In this document: piece after piece, positions 8,596-19,138 of the stretch | Layout: each line of letters begins with the position of its first letter | How positions within the stretch are numbered: position 1 is the stretch's first letter | Origin: Candidatus Omnitrophota bacterium | GTDB taxonomy: Bacteria > Omnitrophota > Gorgyraeia > Tantalellales > Tantalellaceae | Direction: 5' to 3' | DNA: 64,000 nt | Assembly (NCBI GenBank): GCA_043812935.1 | Contig: JBDRLO010000040.1 | Span: 7,779 to 71,778, forward strand | Notes under the pieces: model-generated | Told to the model about the DNA's origin: nothing | Database searches by the model: none | What the model saw: only the letters and a program-made list of their open reading frames with translations | Program-made: the position numbers and the translations under genes

Positions 8596-9548
8596 CCTTC
8601 GTTATAGACACCTATATCCCGATATTTTTTATATCGCATAGACACAAGTTCGTCTTGTGAAAGTTCTAAAAGTTCTCCAAGATTTTTTATTATCGCGCTT
8701 TTAATTTCATCGGCTGCATTTTGCGGATTTCGATGCGCCCCGCCTAACGGCTCTTTAATTATACCATCAATAATACCCAACTTTAAAAGTTCGGGCGCTG
8801 TAAGTTTTAAAGCTTCCGCGGCAGAAGGGGCTTTTGCACGTTCCCGCCAAAGAATTGCCGCGCATCCTTCCGGAGAAATTACAGAATAATATGCGTTTTC
8901 TAAAACAAAAATGCGATCGCCCACGCCTATACCCAAAGCTCCGCCTGAACCTCCTTCGCCAATAACAAAAACAACAATAGGCACTTTCAGGCCTGCCATT
9001 TCTCTTAAGTTATAGGCAATGGCTTCAGCCTGGCCCCGTTCTTCCGCGCCTATACCGGGATAAGCACCAGGAGTATCAATAAAAGCCACTATCGGAAGAT
9101 TATACTTTTCCGCCATGCGCATAACTCTCATGGCTTTTCGGTATCCTTCCGGGTGCGCACATCCGAAATTCCGTTCCATGTTTTCATTCATATCACGGCC
9201 TTTTTGATGTCCCAAAATTACTATTTTACAGCCGTTGACACGAGCTAACCCTGTTATTAACGCCCTATCATCGTAAAAATGACGATCACCATGGATTTCC
9301 ATAAAATCTTCCATGATCATATTGATATAATCTAATGTATAAGGCCTATCCGGGTGACGCGACAATTGAACTTTCTGCCAAGATGTCAGTTTATGAAAAA
9401 TCTCTTTTTTTAGGGTTTCCAGTCTTTCGTTAAGCCGTTGAATTTCACTGGAAAAATCAATTTTTTCATCTTTTGTGAACTTTTTTAGCTCTTCAATTTT
9501 ATTTTCCAGCTCTATTATCGGTTTTTCAAACTCAAGTACAATAGCCAT
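8592..9548 (-). CDS. accA: acetyl-CoA carboxylase carboxyltransferase alpha subunit
   Basis: 318 aa; [20 protein letters not shown] and GEGGSGGAL motifs. Confidence 0.93.
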   Translation of the reverse strand: MAIVLEFEKPIIELENKIEELKKFTKDEKIDFSSEIQRLNERLETLKKEIFHKLTSWQKVQLSRHPDRPYTLDYINMIMEDFMEIHGDRHFYDDRALITGLARVNGCKIVILGHQKGRDMNENMERNFGCAHPEGYRKAMRVMRMAEKYNLPIVAFIDTPGAYPGIGAEERGQAEAIAYNLREMAGLKVPIVVFVIGEGGSGGALGIGVGDRIFVLENAYYSVISPEGCAAILWRERAKAPSAAEALKLTAPELLKLGIIDGIIKEPLGGAHRNPQNAADEIKSAIIKNLGELLELSQDELVSMRYKKYRDIGVYNEG

Positions 9549-9586
9549 GTTTTATCACTACCCCTGTATTGTTTTGCTGATTAAAA

Positions 9587-10555
9587 CTAGTTTACTATCG
9601 TTACCTTTGTTCCGCTTGGAATAATAGTAAATAATTCGACAACATCATCATTCCGCATTCTTACGCATCCATGAGTTACCTGCTGTCCAATAGTGCTTTC
9701 GTCAGAAGTCCCATGTATCCCATACCCTTCAACTGAAAGCCCCATCCATCTGGAACCCAACTCATACTCTTCGCTGTCTGGAGCGACAACAGATCCGATT
9801 TTATACCAAACCGGCTGTACCATTTTTTCTTCAACTCTAAAAATGCCTACCGGCGTACTGTTATTTTTTCCCGTAGAAACCTTATAGGACTTAATGATTT
9901 CATCCATGTTTTTCAAAAGAAGCATATTTTCAGATTTATCCACAAAAACCGAAAACTCTGAAACAATAATCTTTAACCTTTGTCCCGGCCTTATTAAATC
10001 TTTTTCAAGCCCGTTAGTTTTTTTTATCAACTCAACCGTTGTATTAAAATTTTTAGCAATTTTATAAAGTGTGTCCCCTGGTAAAACTTCATATTCAACG
10101 CTATTTTCAGCTATAGCCGGCGAAAATATAATTGTAATATTCAAATCTTCAATTATCGCATTTACTTCCGCTGAGTCCGCTATGTCGGGAAACTCCGCTA
10201 TAAGACGCTTATAGTTATCTCTCACTCTCTTATAATCTTTATTTTCGCGATATATTTCTATAAGATTTCTTATCGATTTCTCAGCGTAAATTGATTCAGG
10301 ATAATTATTTGCAACTGCCAAAAACGCATTTTCAGCTTTATAATATTCTCCATTTCTTACAAAATTTTCTGCTCGTCTATATATTGGTGTAGCCTTATCA
10401 TATTCCGCGACAGGAGATGCAGCAACAGTAACTTTCCGCATTATAAAAAATGATACCGTAACAACTAAAAACGTCACCAAAACAATTATTACCCAGACTA
10501 TATTTTTCTTCACTGCCAATTTGTCCTTCTTACTTTCCAATAAGGTATAAACCAA
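9587..10555 (-). CDS. membrane-anchored TPR-like / LysM / L,D-transpeptidase (YkuD) protein
   Basis: LysM YEVLPGDTLYKIAKNF...IRPGQRLKI; YkuD catalytic HGCVRMRNDD. Confidence 0.85.
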   Translation of the reverse strand: MVYTLLESKKDKLAVKKNIVWVIIVLVTFLVVTVSFFIMRKVTVAASPVAEYDKATPIYRRAENFVRNGEYYKAENAFLAVANNYPESIYAEKSIRNLIEIYRENKDYKRVRDNYKRLIAEFPDIADSAEVNAIIEDLNITIIFSPAIAENSVEYEVLPGDTLYKIAKNFNTTVELIKKTNGLEKDLIRPGQRLKIIVSEFSVFVDKSENMLLLKNMDEIIKSYKVSTGKNNSTPVGIFRVEEKMVQPVWYKIGSVVAPDSEEYELGSRWMGLSVEGYGIHGTSDESTIGQQVTHGCVRMRNDDVVELFTIIPSGTKVTIVN

Positions 10556-11003
10556 ACGCTACAATCAGGCCTATTAATATTCCGGCCAACACCTGAATGG
10601 GAGTATGCCCCAGCAATTCTTTTAATTTATCCTCTTGTATCTTTTTTTTCCAATATATGTCATCCATTATTGTATTTAATATCTCCGCCTGCTTTCCCGC
10701 CGATCGGCGGACTCCCTGCGCGTCACATATAACTATAATACAAAACATGAGTGTCACGCAAAAAAGAGCAGTCCCGACACCTTCATATAACCCAACGCTG
10801 GTTGTAAGCGCTGTCACTCCAGCGGCATGCGAACTCGGCATTCCGCCTGTCCCGACAAACCATTTGAAATTAAAACGTTTTTCTCTTACAACCCCTCTGA
10901 TTACTTTTATGATTTGAGCCGCAAACCACCCTGTGAAAGTAGCTATTACAACCTTATTATGTATAAACTGCCAAAAAATCCCGTTTTTTATCATTCCTAT
11001 CAC
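10530..11003 (-). CDS. divergent PAP2 / DUF212 family membrane protein
   Basis: GGMPSSHAA motif and 4 TM segments. Confidence 0.75.
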   Translation of the reverse strand: MIGMIKNGIFWQFIHNKVVIATFTGWFAAQIIKVIRGVVREKRFNFKWFVGTGGMPSSHAAGVTALTTSVGLYEGVGTALFCVTLMFCIIVICDAQGVRRSAGKQAEILNTIMDDIYWKKKIQEDKLKELLGHTPIQVLAGILIGLIVAFGLYLIGK

Positions 11004-11136
11004 CCTGTTTTATTATAGCGGCACACCCTCTGCAAAGAACTAATACAGCTCTGCCTGAAATTTAGATATAATTATATTATATATATAAACAAAAATCAAA
11101 CAAATCCGCCCTACGAACTGAATTTTTAAACTATTG

Positions 11137-11700
11137 CTACCTATAATGGCGAATAAGAGACAACGCTTCTGACCGGGTTTTTTGACTTGTACGAAATACC
11201 CCTCTTACTGCACTGGTTGTAGTAAGAATCCCCGGTTTCTTCACGCCCCGCATACTCATGCAAAGATGCTCCGCTTCAATAATTACAAGTACACCCTGCG
11301 GTTTAAGTTTTCGCATAAGAACTTCCGCTATTTCAGTAGTAAGCCGTTCCTGCACCTGTAACCGCCTTGCGAATGTATCTACAACCCTTGCAATTTTACT
11401 TAAACCGGTAATTCGATTATTATCCGGAATATACGCAACATGCGCTTTCCCGATAAATGGAACCATATGATGTTCACACACCGAATATAACGGAATATCT
11501 TTGAGCAGAATTATCTCATCATGTTCTTTCTCAAAAAAAACTTCGATATCATCATCCGCGTTTCTATTCATACCGCCTAAAATCTCTTCATACATTTCCG
11601 CGACTCTTTTAGGAGTATTTTTTAATCCCTCACGCGCGGGATCTTCTCCGATAGCTTCCAAAATATCTTTTACTGCTTTCTTTATTTTTTCTTTGTCCAT
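11137..11700 (-). CDS. folE: GTP cyclohydrolase I
   Basis: [13 protein letters not shown] and [11 protein letters not shown] motifs. Start set at the ATG preceded by GGAGG. Confidence 0.92.
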   Translation of the reverse strand: MDKEKIKKAVKDILEAIGEDPAREGLKNTPKRVAEMYEEILGGMNRNADDDIEVFFEKEHDEIILLKDIPLYSVCEHHMVPFIGKAHVAYIPDNNRITGLSKIARVVDTFARRLQVQERLTTEIAEVLMRKLKPQGVLVIIEAEHLCMSMRGVKKPGILTTTSAVRGVFRTSQKTRSEALSLIRHYR

Positions 11701-11756
11701 TTTCGCCTCCATAATAAATTGTGTCATTTGCTAGTTCCTTCATTAAACATAGAATA

Positions 11757-11786
11757 AACCAGCTAACCGGCCAACTGGCTAACCAA
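11757..11786 (-). repeat. 8-nt-periodic GGTTAGCC-type array directly after the mnmE stop
   Basis: Minus strand TTGGTTAG CCAGTTGG CCGGTTAG CTGGTT. Confidence 0.6.
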
Positions 11787-11788
11787 AT

Positions 11789-13180
11789 TTATTTTCCGAT
11801 ACAAAACTGTGAAAATATTCTGTCCAGAACAGCAGCTTCGGCTGTTTCGCCGACAATCAGGCCCAGCTGATAAACCGCTTCATTCAAATCACTCGCTAAA
11901 AGTTCCGCGTTATAATTTCCTTCAACTATCTCGATTGCTCTTTTAACGCTTTCAGCACATTTTTCCAGAATATTTTTGTGGCGGATATTTGTTATCATCG
12001 GCCCATCCGGCATTGCCATATTATTCTTAAACAACTTCTTCGCAACCGCATCCTCGATTTCTTCCAACCCTTTCTTTTTCAAAATAGATACACTTAATAT
12101 TTCTTCATTTCCAAAATATTTTTTCGTTTCGACAATATTTAGTTTATGCGGCAAATCGCTTTTATTCACGGCAATTACTATCTGTTTATTTTTAATTTTT
12201 TCAAAAATTTCTTTATCTCGGATAGACACCGGCCGGCTATAATCCAACAGAAAAATTACAAGATCAGCTTTGGATAATTTCTCAAGAGATCTTTTAATCC
12301 CTTCTTTCTCAACTTTGTTTCGAGTTTCAATTATTCCGGCTGTATCTGATACCCGGATTTTAACTCCGCGGATGTTTATATATTCTTCTATAATATCTCT
12401 CGTAGTTCCGGCTAACGGCGCAACGATTACACGTTCATGCCTAAGTAAAGCATTCATTAAACTTGATTTACCAACATTCGGCCGACCGCATATGACCACA
12501 CTTGCCCCTTGGCGAAAAATCATCCCTTTATCCGCAGTATTTAAAATATCTGTTATCAATCTATATACTCTCTTTGTCTTTGCGGTAATTTCGGATTTTT
12601 GGGGAAACTCTACATCTTCCTGTGAAAAATCTATAGTAAGTTCCGTTAAAGCCAGCACCTCCTGTATCGCGCACCTAAAGTTTCGGATTTTCTCTGAAAA
12701 TTCACCCCTTAACTGTCGAGCGGCTATTTCAGCAGACACATTTGTTTCAGCCTGAATAATATCTAAAACCGCTTCGGCCTGTGATAAATCTATTCTACCA
12801 TTTAAAAACGCCCTTTTCGTGAATTCTCCCGGTTCCGCCAACCGGGCACCGTGTTTTATACAAAGCTGCAGAACCCTTTGAGCTGAAACCATCCCACCAT
12901 GACAATTAATTTCAACAACATTTTCGCGCGTATAAGTTTTCGGAGCCCGCATAACCATAACTAAAACTTCATCAATTATTTCTTCCGTCCCAGGCACTTT
13001 GATAACACCATAATGAACACTATGGCTTAATGCTTTTGATAATTTCTGGTTTTTAAACGGAATGAAAACCTTGTCCGCCACATTAAGCGATTCATTCCCG
13101 CTTAACCGGACTATACTTATACCTCCTTCACCCAAAGGAGTTGCAATCGCCGCAATTGTTTCATTATTTCTAAAAAACAT
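11789..13180 (-). CDS. mnmE: tRNA uridine-5-carboxymethylaminomethyl modification GTPase
   Basis: 463 aa; G1 GRPNVGKSS, DTAGI, and the C-terminal FCIGK signature. Confidence 0.93.
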   Translation of the reverse strand: MFFRNNETIAAIATPLGEGGISIVRLSGNESLNVADKVFIPFKNQKLSKALSHSVHYGVIKVPGTEEIIDEVLVMVMRAPKTYTRENVVEINCHGGMVSAQRVLQLCIKHGARLAEPGEFTKRAFLNGRIDLSQAEAVLDIIQAETNVSAEIAARQLRGEFSEKIRNFRCAIQEVLALTELTIDFSQEDVEFPQKSEITAKTKRVYRLITDILNTADKGMIFRQGASVVICGRPNVGKSSLMNALLRHERVIVAPLAGTTRDIIEEYINIRGVKIRVSDTAGIIETRNKVEKEGIKRSLEKLSKADLVIFLLDYSRPVSIRDKEIFEKIKNKQIVIAVNKSDLPHKLNIVETKKYFGNEEILSVSILKKKGLEEIEDAVAKKLFKNNMAMPDGPMITNIRHKNILEKCAESVKRAIEIVEGNYNAELLASDLNEAVYQLGLIVGETAEAAVLDRIFSQFCIGK

Positions 13181-13181
13181 A

Positions 13182-14495
13182 TTATATATCTATCCTTTCA
13201 CATCTAATAATTTTCCGGACTTCGCTAATAACAAAAAAAGATCCTGTTGCCAATATCATATCATGTTTTCCCGCGGAACTAAAAGCAAGACCAAGCGCTT
13301 CTTTCACACTACCGGTTACACGGGTTCTTTTCCCCCGGATATACCCTCTTATCAAAAAAGGATCCGCAGCACGCGAAACCGAAGCCCGCGTAAGAATAAC
13401 TTCATCCGCAACAGATACCAAATTACGGCAGATACCTTCTATATCTTTATCTTTCGAGATGCCCAATACAAGGATTAATTTATTATAATCAAAAAATTGT
13501 TCAATAGATTTTTTCAAATTCATCGCGCTATCTGCATTTTGCGCACCGTCTATTAAAATATAAGGTTTCTCTGAAAGAACCTCCATTCTCCCGGGGATAA
13601 ACGTATCTGCCAGGCCTTTTTTAAACAGGTTTTCACTGTTTTGCGCGCTTCCCATAATATATTCGCATATTCCTAAAGCTACTGCACAGTTGGAAACTTG
13701 AAACCCCCCGGGCATACTTATCCTGCAATTCTTATAATTTGAATTTTTCCCGTAAAAATCAAAACTAGCTCCTGTTTGATCTATACGTTTAATTTCATAA
13801 TTTATATTCTGCCCGACAACTGACAATACAGCGTCATTTTCCGCGCATTTCTTTCGTATAATTTCCATAACTGTTTCTTTTTGCGGCACAGTTACACAAT
13901 ACGCGTTCTTTTTAATAACCGCTGCTTTCTCAGCCGCTATTTCAGAGAGTGTTTCACCTAAAACATTCATATGATCGTAGCTAATAGAACTTATGCCGCA
14001 TATTTTCGCGTCTATTATGTTAGTAGCATCTAATCTCCCGCCTAACCCGGCTTCAATAACGGCAAAATCTACTTTTTTTATACTGAACCATACTAGTGCA
14101 ACAAGTGTATATATTTCAAAAAAAGTAAATTTTTTTTCAGGTTCTTTTCCCAAATACTCTCGAAGCCTATTAAACGCATCTTCAAAATCTGATTCACTTA
14201 TAAGTTTGTTGTTAAACTGAATTCTCTCCCTTGCACAAGCCAAGTGCGGCGAAGTAAAAAGCCCGACTTTATACCCAGCTTCACGCAGAATAAAGGATAC
14301 AAAGGTACTTATGGATCCTTTCCCCTTTGTCCCGACAACATGAATGGACCTATAACTATTTTGAGGATTTTCAGCTTTTTTTAAAACTTGGACTAACTTT
14401 TCCAGATATAAACTGTTCTTAATTTCATTAAATCCAATATTTTCATAATTTATAAAAGATTGAAGATAATCAATAATTTGGCTATAAGGCTTCAT
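13182..14495 (-). CDS. folC: bifunctional folylpolyglutamate synthase / dihydrofolate synthase
   Basis: HVVGTKGKGS P-loop and the Mur-ligase pattern. The start is uncertain (the ORF is open to 14540). Confidence 0.88.
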   Translation of the reverse strand: MKPYSQIIDYLQSFINYENIGFNEIKNSLYLEKLVQVLKKAENPQNSYRSIHVVGTKGKGSISTFVSFILREAGYKVGLFTSPHLACARERIQFNNKLISESDFEDAFNRLREYLGKEPEKKFTFFEIYTLVALVWFSIKKVDFAVIEAGLGGRLDATNIIDAKICGISSISYDHMNVLGETLSEIAAEKAAVIKKNAYCVTVPQKETVMEIIRKKCAENDAVLSVVGQNINYEIKRIDQTGASFDFYGKNSNYKNCRISMPGGFQVSNCAVALGICEYIMGSAQNSENLFKKGLADTFIPGRMEVLSEKPYILIDGAQNADSAMNLKKSIEQFFDYNKLILVLGISKDKDIEGICRNLVSVADEVILTRASVSRAADPFLIRGYIRGKRTRVTGSVKEALGLAFSSAGKHDMILATGSFFVISEVRKIIRCERIDI

Positions 14496-14724
14496 GTAAC
14501 TACTTTTCTCCATTGAATTCTTGCTGAGCCATTTTAGCAATTATTTTTTCATATTTACTCATAATGTATCCACATCCTGATGATTTTTATAGTTTTACAT
14601 CTCTTCATTATTTGATAACACTTTAAAGATATTGTTGGTTTTTATTTCAAAGGCAAGAAAACCGGTCGTCGCTAAACTATCTTAATAGAGTAATGCATTT
14701 TGTCCGGCTCATGTAGAATACTGA

Positions 14725-14766
14725 AAACAGGCATACCTGCTTCCTATAAATCAAACGGCTAACCGG
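14725..14766 (-). repeat. weak copy of the post-stop composite (one GGTTAGCC unit plus imperfect palindrome with U-tract)
   Basis: Minus strand CCGGTTAGCCG ... AAGCAGGTATGCCTGTTTTCAG, downstream of purH. Confidence 0.4.
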
Positions 14767-14857
14767 CATCATCTCCTTGTAAAAAAATGTTTGGATTTTT
14801 AGGCGATATATGATGTACTACATACTATATTACCAAATAACCGGACAACAAATACCA

Positions 14858-16420
14858 TCAATGTCGAAAATGCCTAACACCCGTAAAAACCATCGGAAGA
14901 TTGAACTTATTGCACGCGTCAATTACTTCGTTATCGCGGATGGATCCGCCAGGCTGTATAATAGCGGCAATACCGGCTTTATATGCCTCTTCGATCGAAT
15001 CTATTTTCGGGAAAAACGCATCACTCGCAAGAATAGCCTCTTTTGTTCTTGCCCCAGCTTTACGCATGGCAATTATGACCGAATCCACACGAGACATCTG
15101 CCCCGCGCCTATACCCACGGTTTTCGTCCCCTTACACAACACAATTGCGTTACTCTTTACATATTTAACAACCTTCCATCCAAACATCAAAGCGTTCCAC
15201 AATTCTTCTGAAGGCTGCGCTTCTGTAACAACTTGCATATCGGCTCTTTTTGTGTCTTTTACGTCAGAGTCCTGCACCAGCATGCCGCCGGAAACTTTTT
15301 TAAAATCCTTATCGTTTTTTAAAACACTTTTAATTAAAGGCAATTTTAAAAGCCGTAAGTTCTTTTTTACGCTAAATATCTCTTTGGCCTCAACATCATA
15401 TTCTGAAGCGATAATACATTCCACAAAATCCGATTCTTTCAAGATTATTTGCGCCATTTTTCCATCAATAGATCGGTTAAAAGCCATAATCCCGCCGAAA
15501 GCACTTAACCGGTCGCAGTCAACTGCGTCAATAAAGGCTTTCTGCAAATTATCCGCAACCGCAATCCCGCAAGGATTGTTATGTTTTACTATACTTACAG
15601 CCGGCTGGCTGAAATTTGTTACCATTTCATATGCCGCGCTAAGATCCAGTATATTATTAAATGACAATTCTTTCCCCTGTAATTGTTCCGCATCGGCTAT
15701 CCCCTGAGCTTTAGACGATAAATCTTTGTAAAATGCCGCTTTTTGATGCGGATTCTCACCATATCGCAATTCTTTTATTTTATTCATTCTCATTTTCATT
15801 ATATTCGGAAACCCATCATTTTCTTCCTGCCCGCGCTTTCCTGCCAAATAATCAGCAATTATAGCGTCATAATATGAAGTTTTTTTAAAAACTTCTTTAG
15901 CTAAATTTTCTAAAATCCCCTTATTAATGTTTCCGTCACTATTTTCAAGCTCTTCTATTATCATCCCATACTGCGTTATTGAACTTACAACAGCAACTGA
16001 CTTAAAATTCTTAGCGGCACTCCGCATCATTGCCGGGCCGCCAATATCTATATTTTCAATGGCTTCTTCAAATGACACATTGGGTTTTGCTATTGTTTTT
16101 TCAAAAGGATACAAATTCACAACCAGCATATCTATCGGGAAAATAGCGTTTTCTTCAAGGCATTTCATATGCTTTTTGTTATTCCGCAAAGCTAAAAAAC
16201 CCGCATGAATCTTAGGATGAAGCGTCTTCACCCTGCCGTCAAGCATCTCCGGGAAATCTGTATAAGAAGAAACTTCCCGCACAGTAACTCCATACGAAGC
16301 GATTTCTTCCGCAGTACCACCGGTGGACATTATTTCTACTCCGTATTTATTTAAAACTTCAACGAGTTCCCTCAATCCGGTCTTATCCGAAACACTTATT
16401 AATGCCCTTTTAATTTCCAC
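14858..16420 (-). CDS. purH: bifunctional AICAR transformylase / IMP cyclohydrolase
   Basis: 520 aa; ALISVSDKTG, VKTLHPKIH and the C-terminal FTGVRHFRH. Confidence 0.94.
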   Translation of the reverse strand: MEIKRALISVSDKTGLRELVEVLNKYGVEIMSTGGTAEEIASYGVTVREVSSYTDFPEMLDGRVKTLHPKIHAGFLALRNNKKHMKCLEENAIFPIDMLVVNLYPFEKTIAKPNVSFEEAIENIDIGGPAMMRSAAKNFKSVAVVSSITQYGMIIEELENSDGNINKGILENLAKEVFKKTSYYDAIIADYLAGKRGQEENDGFPNIMKMRMNKIKELRYGENPHQKAAFYKDLSSKAQGIADAEQLQGKELSFNNILDLSAAYEMVTNFSQPAVSIVKHNNPCGIAVADNLQKAFIDAVDCDRLSAFGGIMAFNRSIDGKMAQIILKESDFVECIIASEYDVEAKEIFSVKKNLRLLKLPLIKSVLKNDKDFKKVSGGMLVQDSDVKDTKRADMQVVTEAQPSEELWNALMFGWKVVKYVKSNAIVLCKGTKTVGIGAGQMSRVDSVIIAMRKAGARTKEAILASDAFFPKIDSIEEAYKAGIAAIIQPGGSIRDNEVIDACNKFNLPMVFTGVRHFRH

Positions 16421-16465
16421 TTCTTCTCCTTCATCTCTTTATTCCGCTGGAAACAACCGTCTATA

Positions 16466-17041
16466 TTAATTAAAAACCTTTATTTTTAGCTTTGTTATCT
16501 CTATTTCTTTTTTAAGTTTGTTTTTTTCAGAAATTTGAGCTTCTTTTTTTTCAACAAGCATTGACAGCCTGTCATTCCATACTTTCATTTCTTCCGGAGT
16601 TAACGCTAGAACATCCTTTTTTTTCATTAAAGAATTAATTTCTTTTATATCATTTTCTATACTGCGTAAAGTTTCTTTTTTTTGTTTGTAGCTATACTCC
16701 AACTCAATAATACTTTTTTGAAAAACACGCTTTTCCGGCTGGATTTGACACTTAACATCATCCGTCTGTACCGAATATTCATTCTCAAGCTGACGTTTTT
16801 GTTCCTGTAAAATATTTATGCGGACATCTATTTCTTCTTTTTTCTTAAGAAATTCCGTTCTCTTCTCATCTAATCTTTTATGAAGACCATTCCTTTTATC
16901 CAAAATCTTTTGAAAAGAAGGATCATGTTCCAAAATTGTTTTCTCTATTTCTCCGGTATCAGAACTACATCCTTGAAATAAAAAAGTTGTAAGAATAATT
17001 ATACAAACTAAAAATTTCGTCTTGCTTAAATGTAAAAACAT
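16466..17041 (-). CDS. coiled-coil lipoprotein, unknown function
   Basis: Lipobox LFQGC after a hydrophobic segment. The remainder is K/E-rich with heptad character. Start chosen at the ATG with AAGGAA. Confidence 0.6.
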   Translation of the reverse strand: MFLHLSKTKFLVCIIILTTFLFQGCSSDTGEIEKTILEHDPSFQKILDKRNGLHKRLDEKRTEFLKKKEEIDVRINILQEQKRQLENEYSVQTDDVKCQIQPEKRVFQKSIIELEYSYKQKKETLRSIENDIKEINSLMKKKDVLALTPEEMKVWNDRLSMLVEKKEAQISEKNKLKKEIEITKLKIKVFN

Positions 17042-17180
17042 AGCGTTTTTCCTTCTTTGTTTTTCCATAAAAAGACAAAAGCAAAAAAGAAAACATCTTA
17101 ATTTAACACCTTCTCCGCCAATTTCCCATTTTGCCTAAAATAATTCCAAAGTACCGATGCTGAAACTTAAGTTTATATTA

Positions 17181-17378
17181 CTATTTCTTTATTTTATTTT
17201 TCATAACATCTTTAAATTCGCTAATACCAGCGGCAACCGCAATTATTCCAGCCATTATTAAAAACAATGGCAGAATACTTCTTAACATAAAAAGAACCTC
17301 ATACGACCATACAAATAAAAGTACAATCCCGGCTGTTACCATTAATCCGCCGATTAAAAGGCTGAAAATCTTACCCAT
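17181..17378 (-). CDS. small two-TM membrane protein
   Basis: 65 aa from the ATG preceded by GGAGGTGTAAA; two hydrophobic helices. Confidence 0.55.
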   Translation of the reverse strand: MGKIFSLLIGGLMVTAGIVLLFVWSYEVLFMLRSILPLFLIMAGIIAVAAGISEFKDVMKNKIKK

Positions 17379-17410
17379 TTTACACCTCCGCGTAATACTC
17401 TGGAAAATTG

Positions 17411-17440
17411 AGTATAACACAAATTTTTTAATAATGTCAA
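17411..17440 (-). promoter_or_regulatory. candidate promoter for the small membrane protein
   Basis: Minus strand TTGACA (17435-17440), 18-nt spacer, extended -10 TGTTATACT. Confidence 0.45.
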
Positions 17441-17480
17441 TGACCCGGCCCTATGCCGTGATATGCTCATTAACATCAAT

Positions 17481-18848
17481 TTATGAGAGAAATATACTTG
17501 CAGTAGTTAAGTAAATAAACACACCAATAACATCATTAAGAGTGGTAATAAGCGGCCCGGAAGCTATTGCCGGATCTATCCGCATTTTTTTAAAAATAAC
17601 AGGGATTACAACCCCGACAAAATTAGACCACACTACAACTAAAAAGATTGAAAGCCCCACAATCATACCGACTACACTGTTTTTCATCCAGATATTCGCC
17701 AAAAAAGTTAATACCGTGCCGCAAACAAGACCTAATCCCAAGGCTATCTTTAACTGACGCCACACCTCATCCAAAACATGAGAATATACCATATGCCCTA
17801 AAGCTATTCCACGAACAACAACCGTTGAGGCCTGCACTCCGCTATTACCGCCTGTTGCCGTAATTACCGGAATAAAAGAAACAAGCGCAATAGTTTCCGT
17901 GAGAGTTACTTCATAAAGCTGTATTACAAGACCGGTAATAATGCTTCCTACCATACATGTAATAAGCCATGGAAGCCTGTTTTGAGTGGCTTTTAAAGTA
18001 GATTCTGTTCCCTGTTCCTCTTCAATCGTACCAGTCATCCTGCTAATATCTTCAGCATGTTCTTCATCAACAACATCCATAATATCGTCCACTGTTATAC
18101 GCCCGACTAAACAACCTTCATTATTAATGACCGGCAAAGAAAAAAGATCATATTTTTTCATAATTAGGGCCGCTTTTTCCTGATCTGCATCAACCAGAAT
18201 AGAATGAATGTCTCTTTCCACGATATCTTTAATCAGAGTACCCTTATTAGCGGTTAATAATTTCCAAATTGTAACCGCCCCCTGAAGTTTCATGTTTCCA
18301 TCAACAACATAGACATATATAAACTTTTCTTCTACTTCAAAATTTCTCATATGCCGGACGGCATCTTCAACATCATTATTTTCACGGACAAAAATAAACT
18401 CCGGATTCATAACACGGCCTGCGCTGTCCTCCGGATAACTAAGAATTTCCTCTACCTCTTCCGCGTCTTTCTCTTCCATCAAATCAAGAATATCCTCACG
18501 ATTCTCTTCCGGAACTTCTTCGACAACATCCGCCGCTTCATCAACAGGCATCTCATCTAATACTCTTGCCAGTTTATCATTATCAATTTTCTGCAGGATC
18601 TGCAGCCGGGTTTGAGGATCGGTATCATCAAGCACAACCGCAGCATTTTCCGCGGGAAGCGCATTAAATATATGTATTTTTTCTTTACTGCTAAACTCAC
18701 CCAGGATTTCGGCAATATCTTCGGGTTCTGTGGATTCTAAAAATGCTTCCAGTTCCGCGGAACGGTCTTCTTTTAAAAAACTCTTTACATTTTTAACAGC
18801 ATCTTCTCTGTTCCAAAATTCCTTATTATTTTTTTTACCATTTTTCAT
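17481..18848 (-). CDS. mgtE: magnesium transporter MgtE
   Basis: N-domain, tandem CBS, and a TM domain with GGNSGVQ and PLITTLNDV motifs. Start at the ATG with GGTGA. Confidence 0.92.
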   Translation of the reverse strand: MKNGKKNNKEFWNREDAVKNVKSFLKEDRSAELEAFLESTEPEDIAEILGEFSSKEKIHIFNALPAENAAVVLDDTDPQTRLQILQKIDNDKLARVLDEMPVDEAADVVEEVPEENREDILDLMEEKDAEEVEEILSYPEDSAGRVMNPEFIFVRENNDVEDAVRHMRNFEVEEKFIYVYVVDGNMKLQGAVTIWKLLTANKGTLIKDIVERDIHSILVDADQEKAALIMKKYDLFSLPVINNEGCLVGRITVDDIMDVVDEEHAEDISRMTGTIEEEQGTESTLKATQNRLPWLITCMVGSIITGLVIQLYEVTLTETIALVSFIPVITATGGNSGVQASTVVVRGIALGHMVYSHVLDEVWRQLKIALGLGLVCGTVLTFLANIWMKNSVVGMIVGLSIFLVVVWSNFVGVVIPVIFKKMRIDPAIASGPLITTLNDVIGVFIYLTTASIFLS

Positions 18849-19138
18849 AACTATCACCTATTACTTGATATATTACATTAAAAAACAAAAAAATACTTTT
18901 CATCCGGTTTTTGCCATTTAACTATTAAACTATTATACGTCTAAATACTGAAATGCCAATCAAATTTTTATGTTTGTATATCTCTATCTATTTATATGTA
19001 CTAGATTTTCGTTAACAATATATCAATATAATAATCTTCCTGCACCTGAATTAAAACCTACGGGACTATTTACCAACATAACGTCCGGACAAAAAAACAG
19101 TAGCTCTCCGGATTTTAGTATGATACAATCTTCACACT

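Noticed and set aside
14541-14857. ZTP or THF riboswitch in the 317-nt gap between purH and folC
   Set aside because: No GGGTCGTGAC / CCGCCTGGGCA-type ZTP elements or THF-like core were found. The region contains only a weak REP/GGTTAGCC copy and AT-rich sequence.
14901-15707. Long antisense ORFs inside well-supported genes (for example 14901-15707 in purH, 12270-12755 in mnmE, 50948-51559 across the permease/ogg genes, 43099-43551 and 60549-61001)
   Set aside because: These are shadow ORFs opposite strongly motif-supported genes, with low-complexity S/F/I-rich translations and no RBS.
18849-19138. M-box (Mg) riboswitch upstream of mgtE
   Set aside because: The minus-strand leader is AT-rich. 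It lacks the conserved GC-containing M-box helices, and I could not find the characteristic motifs.
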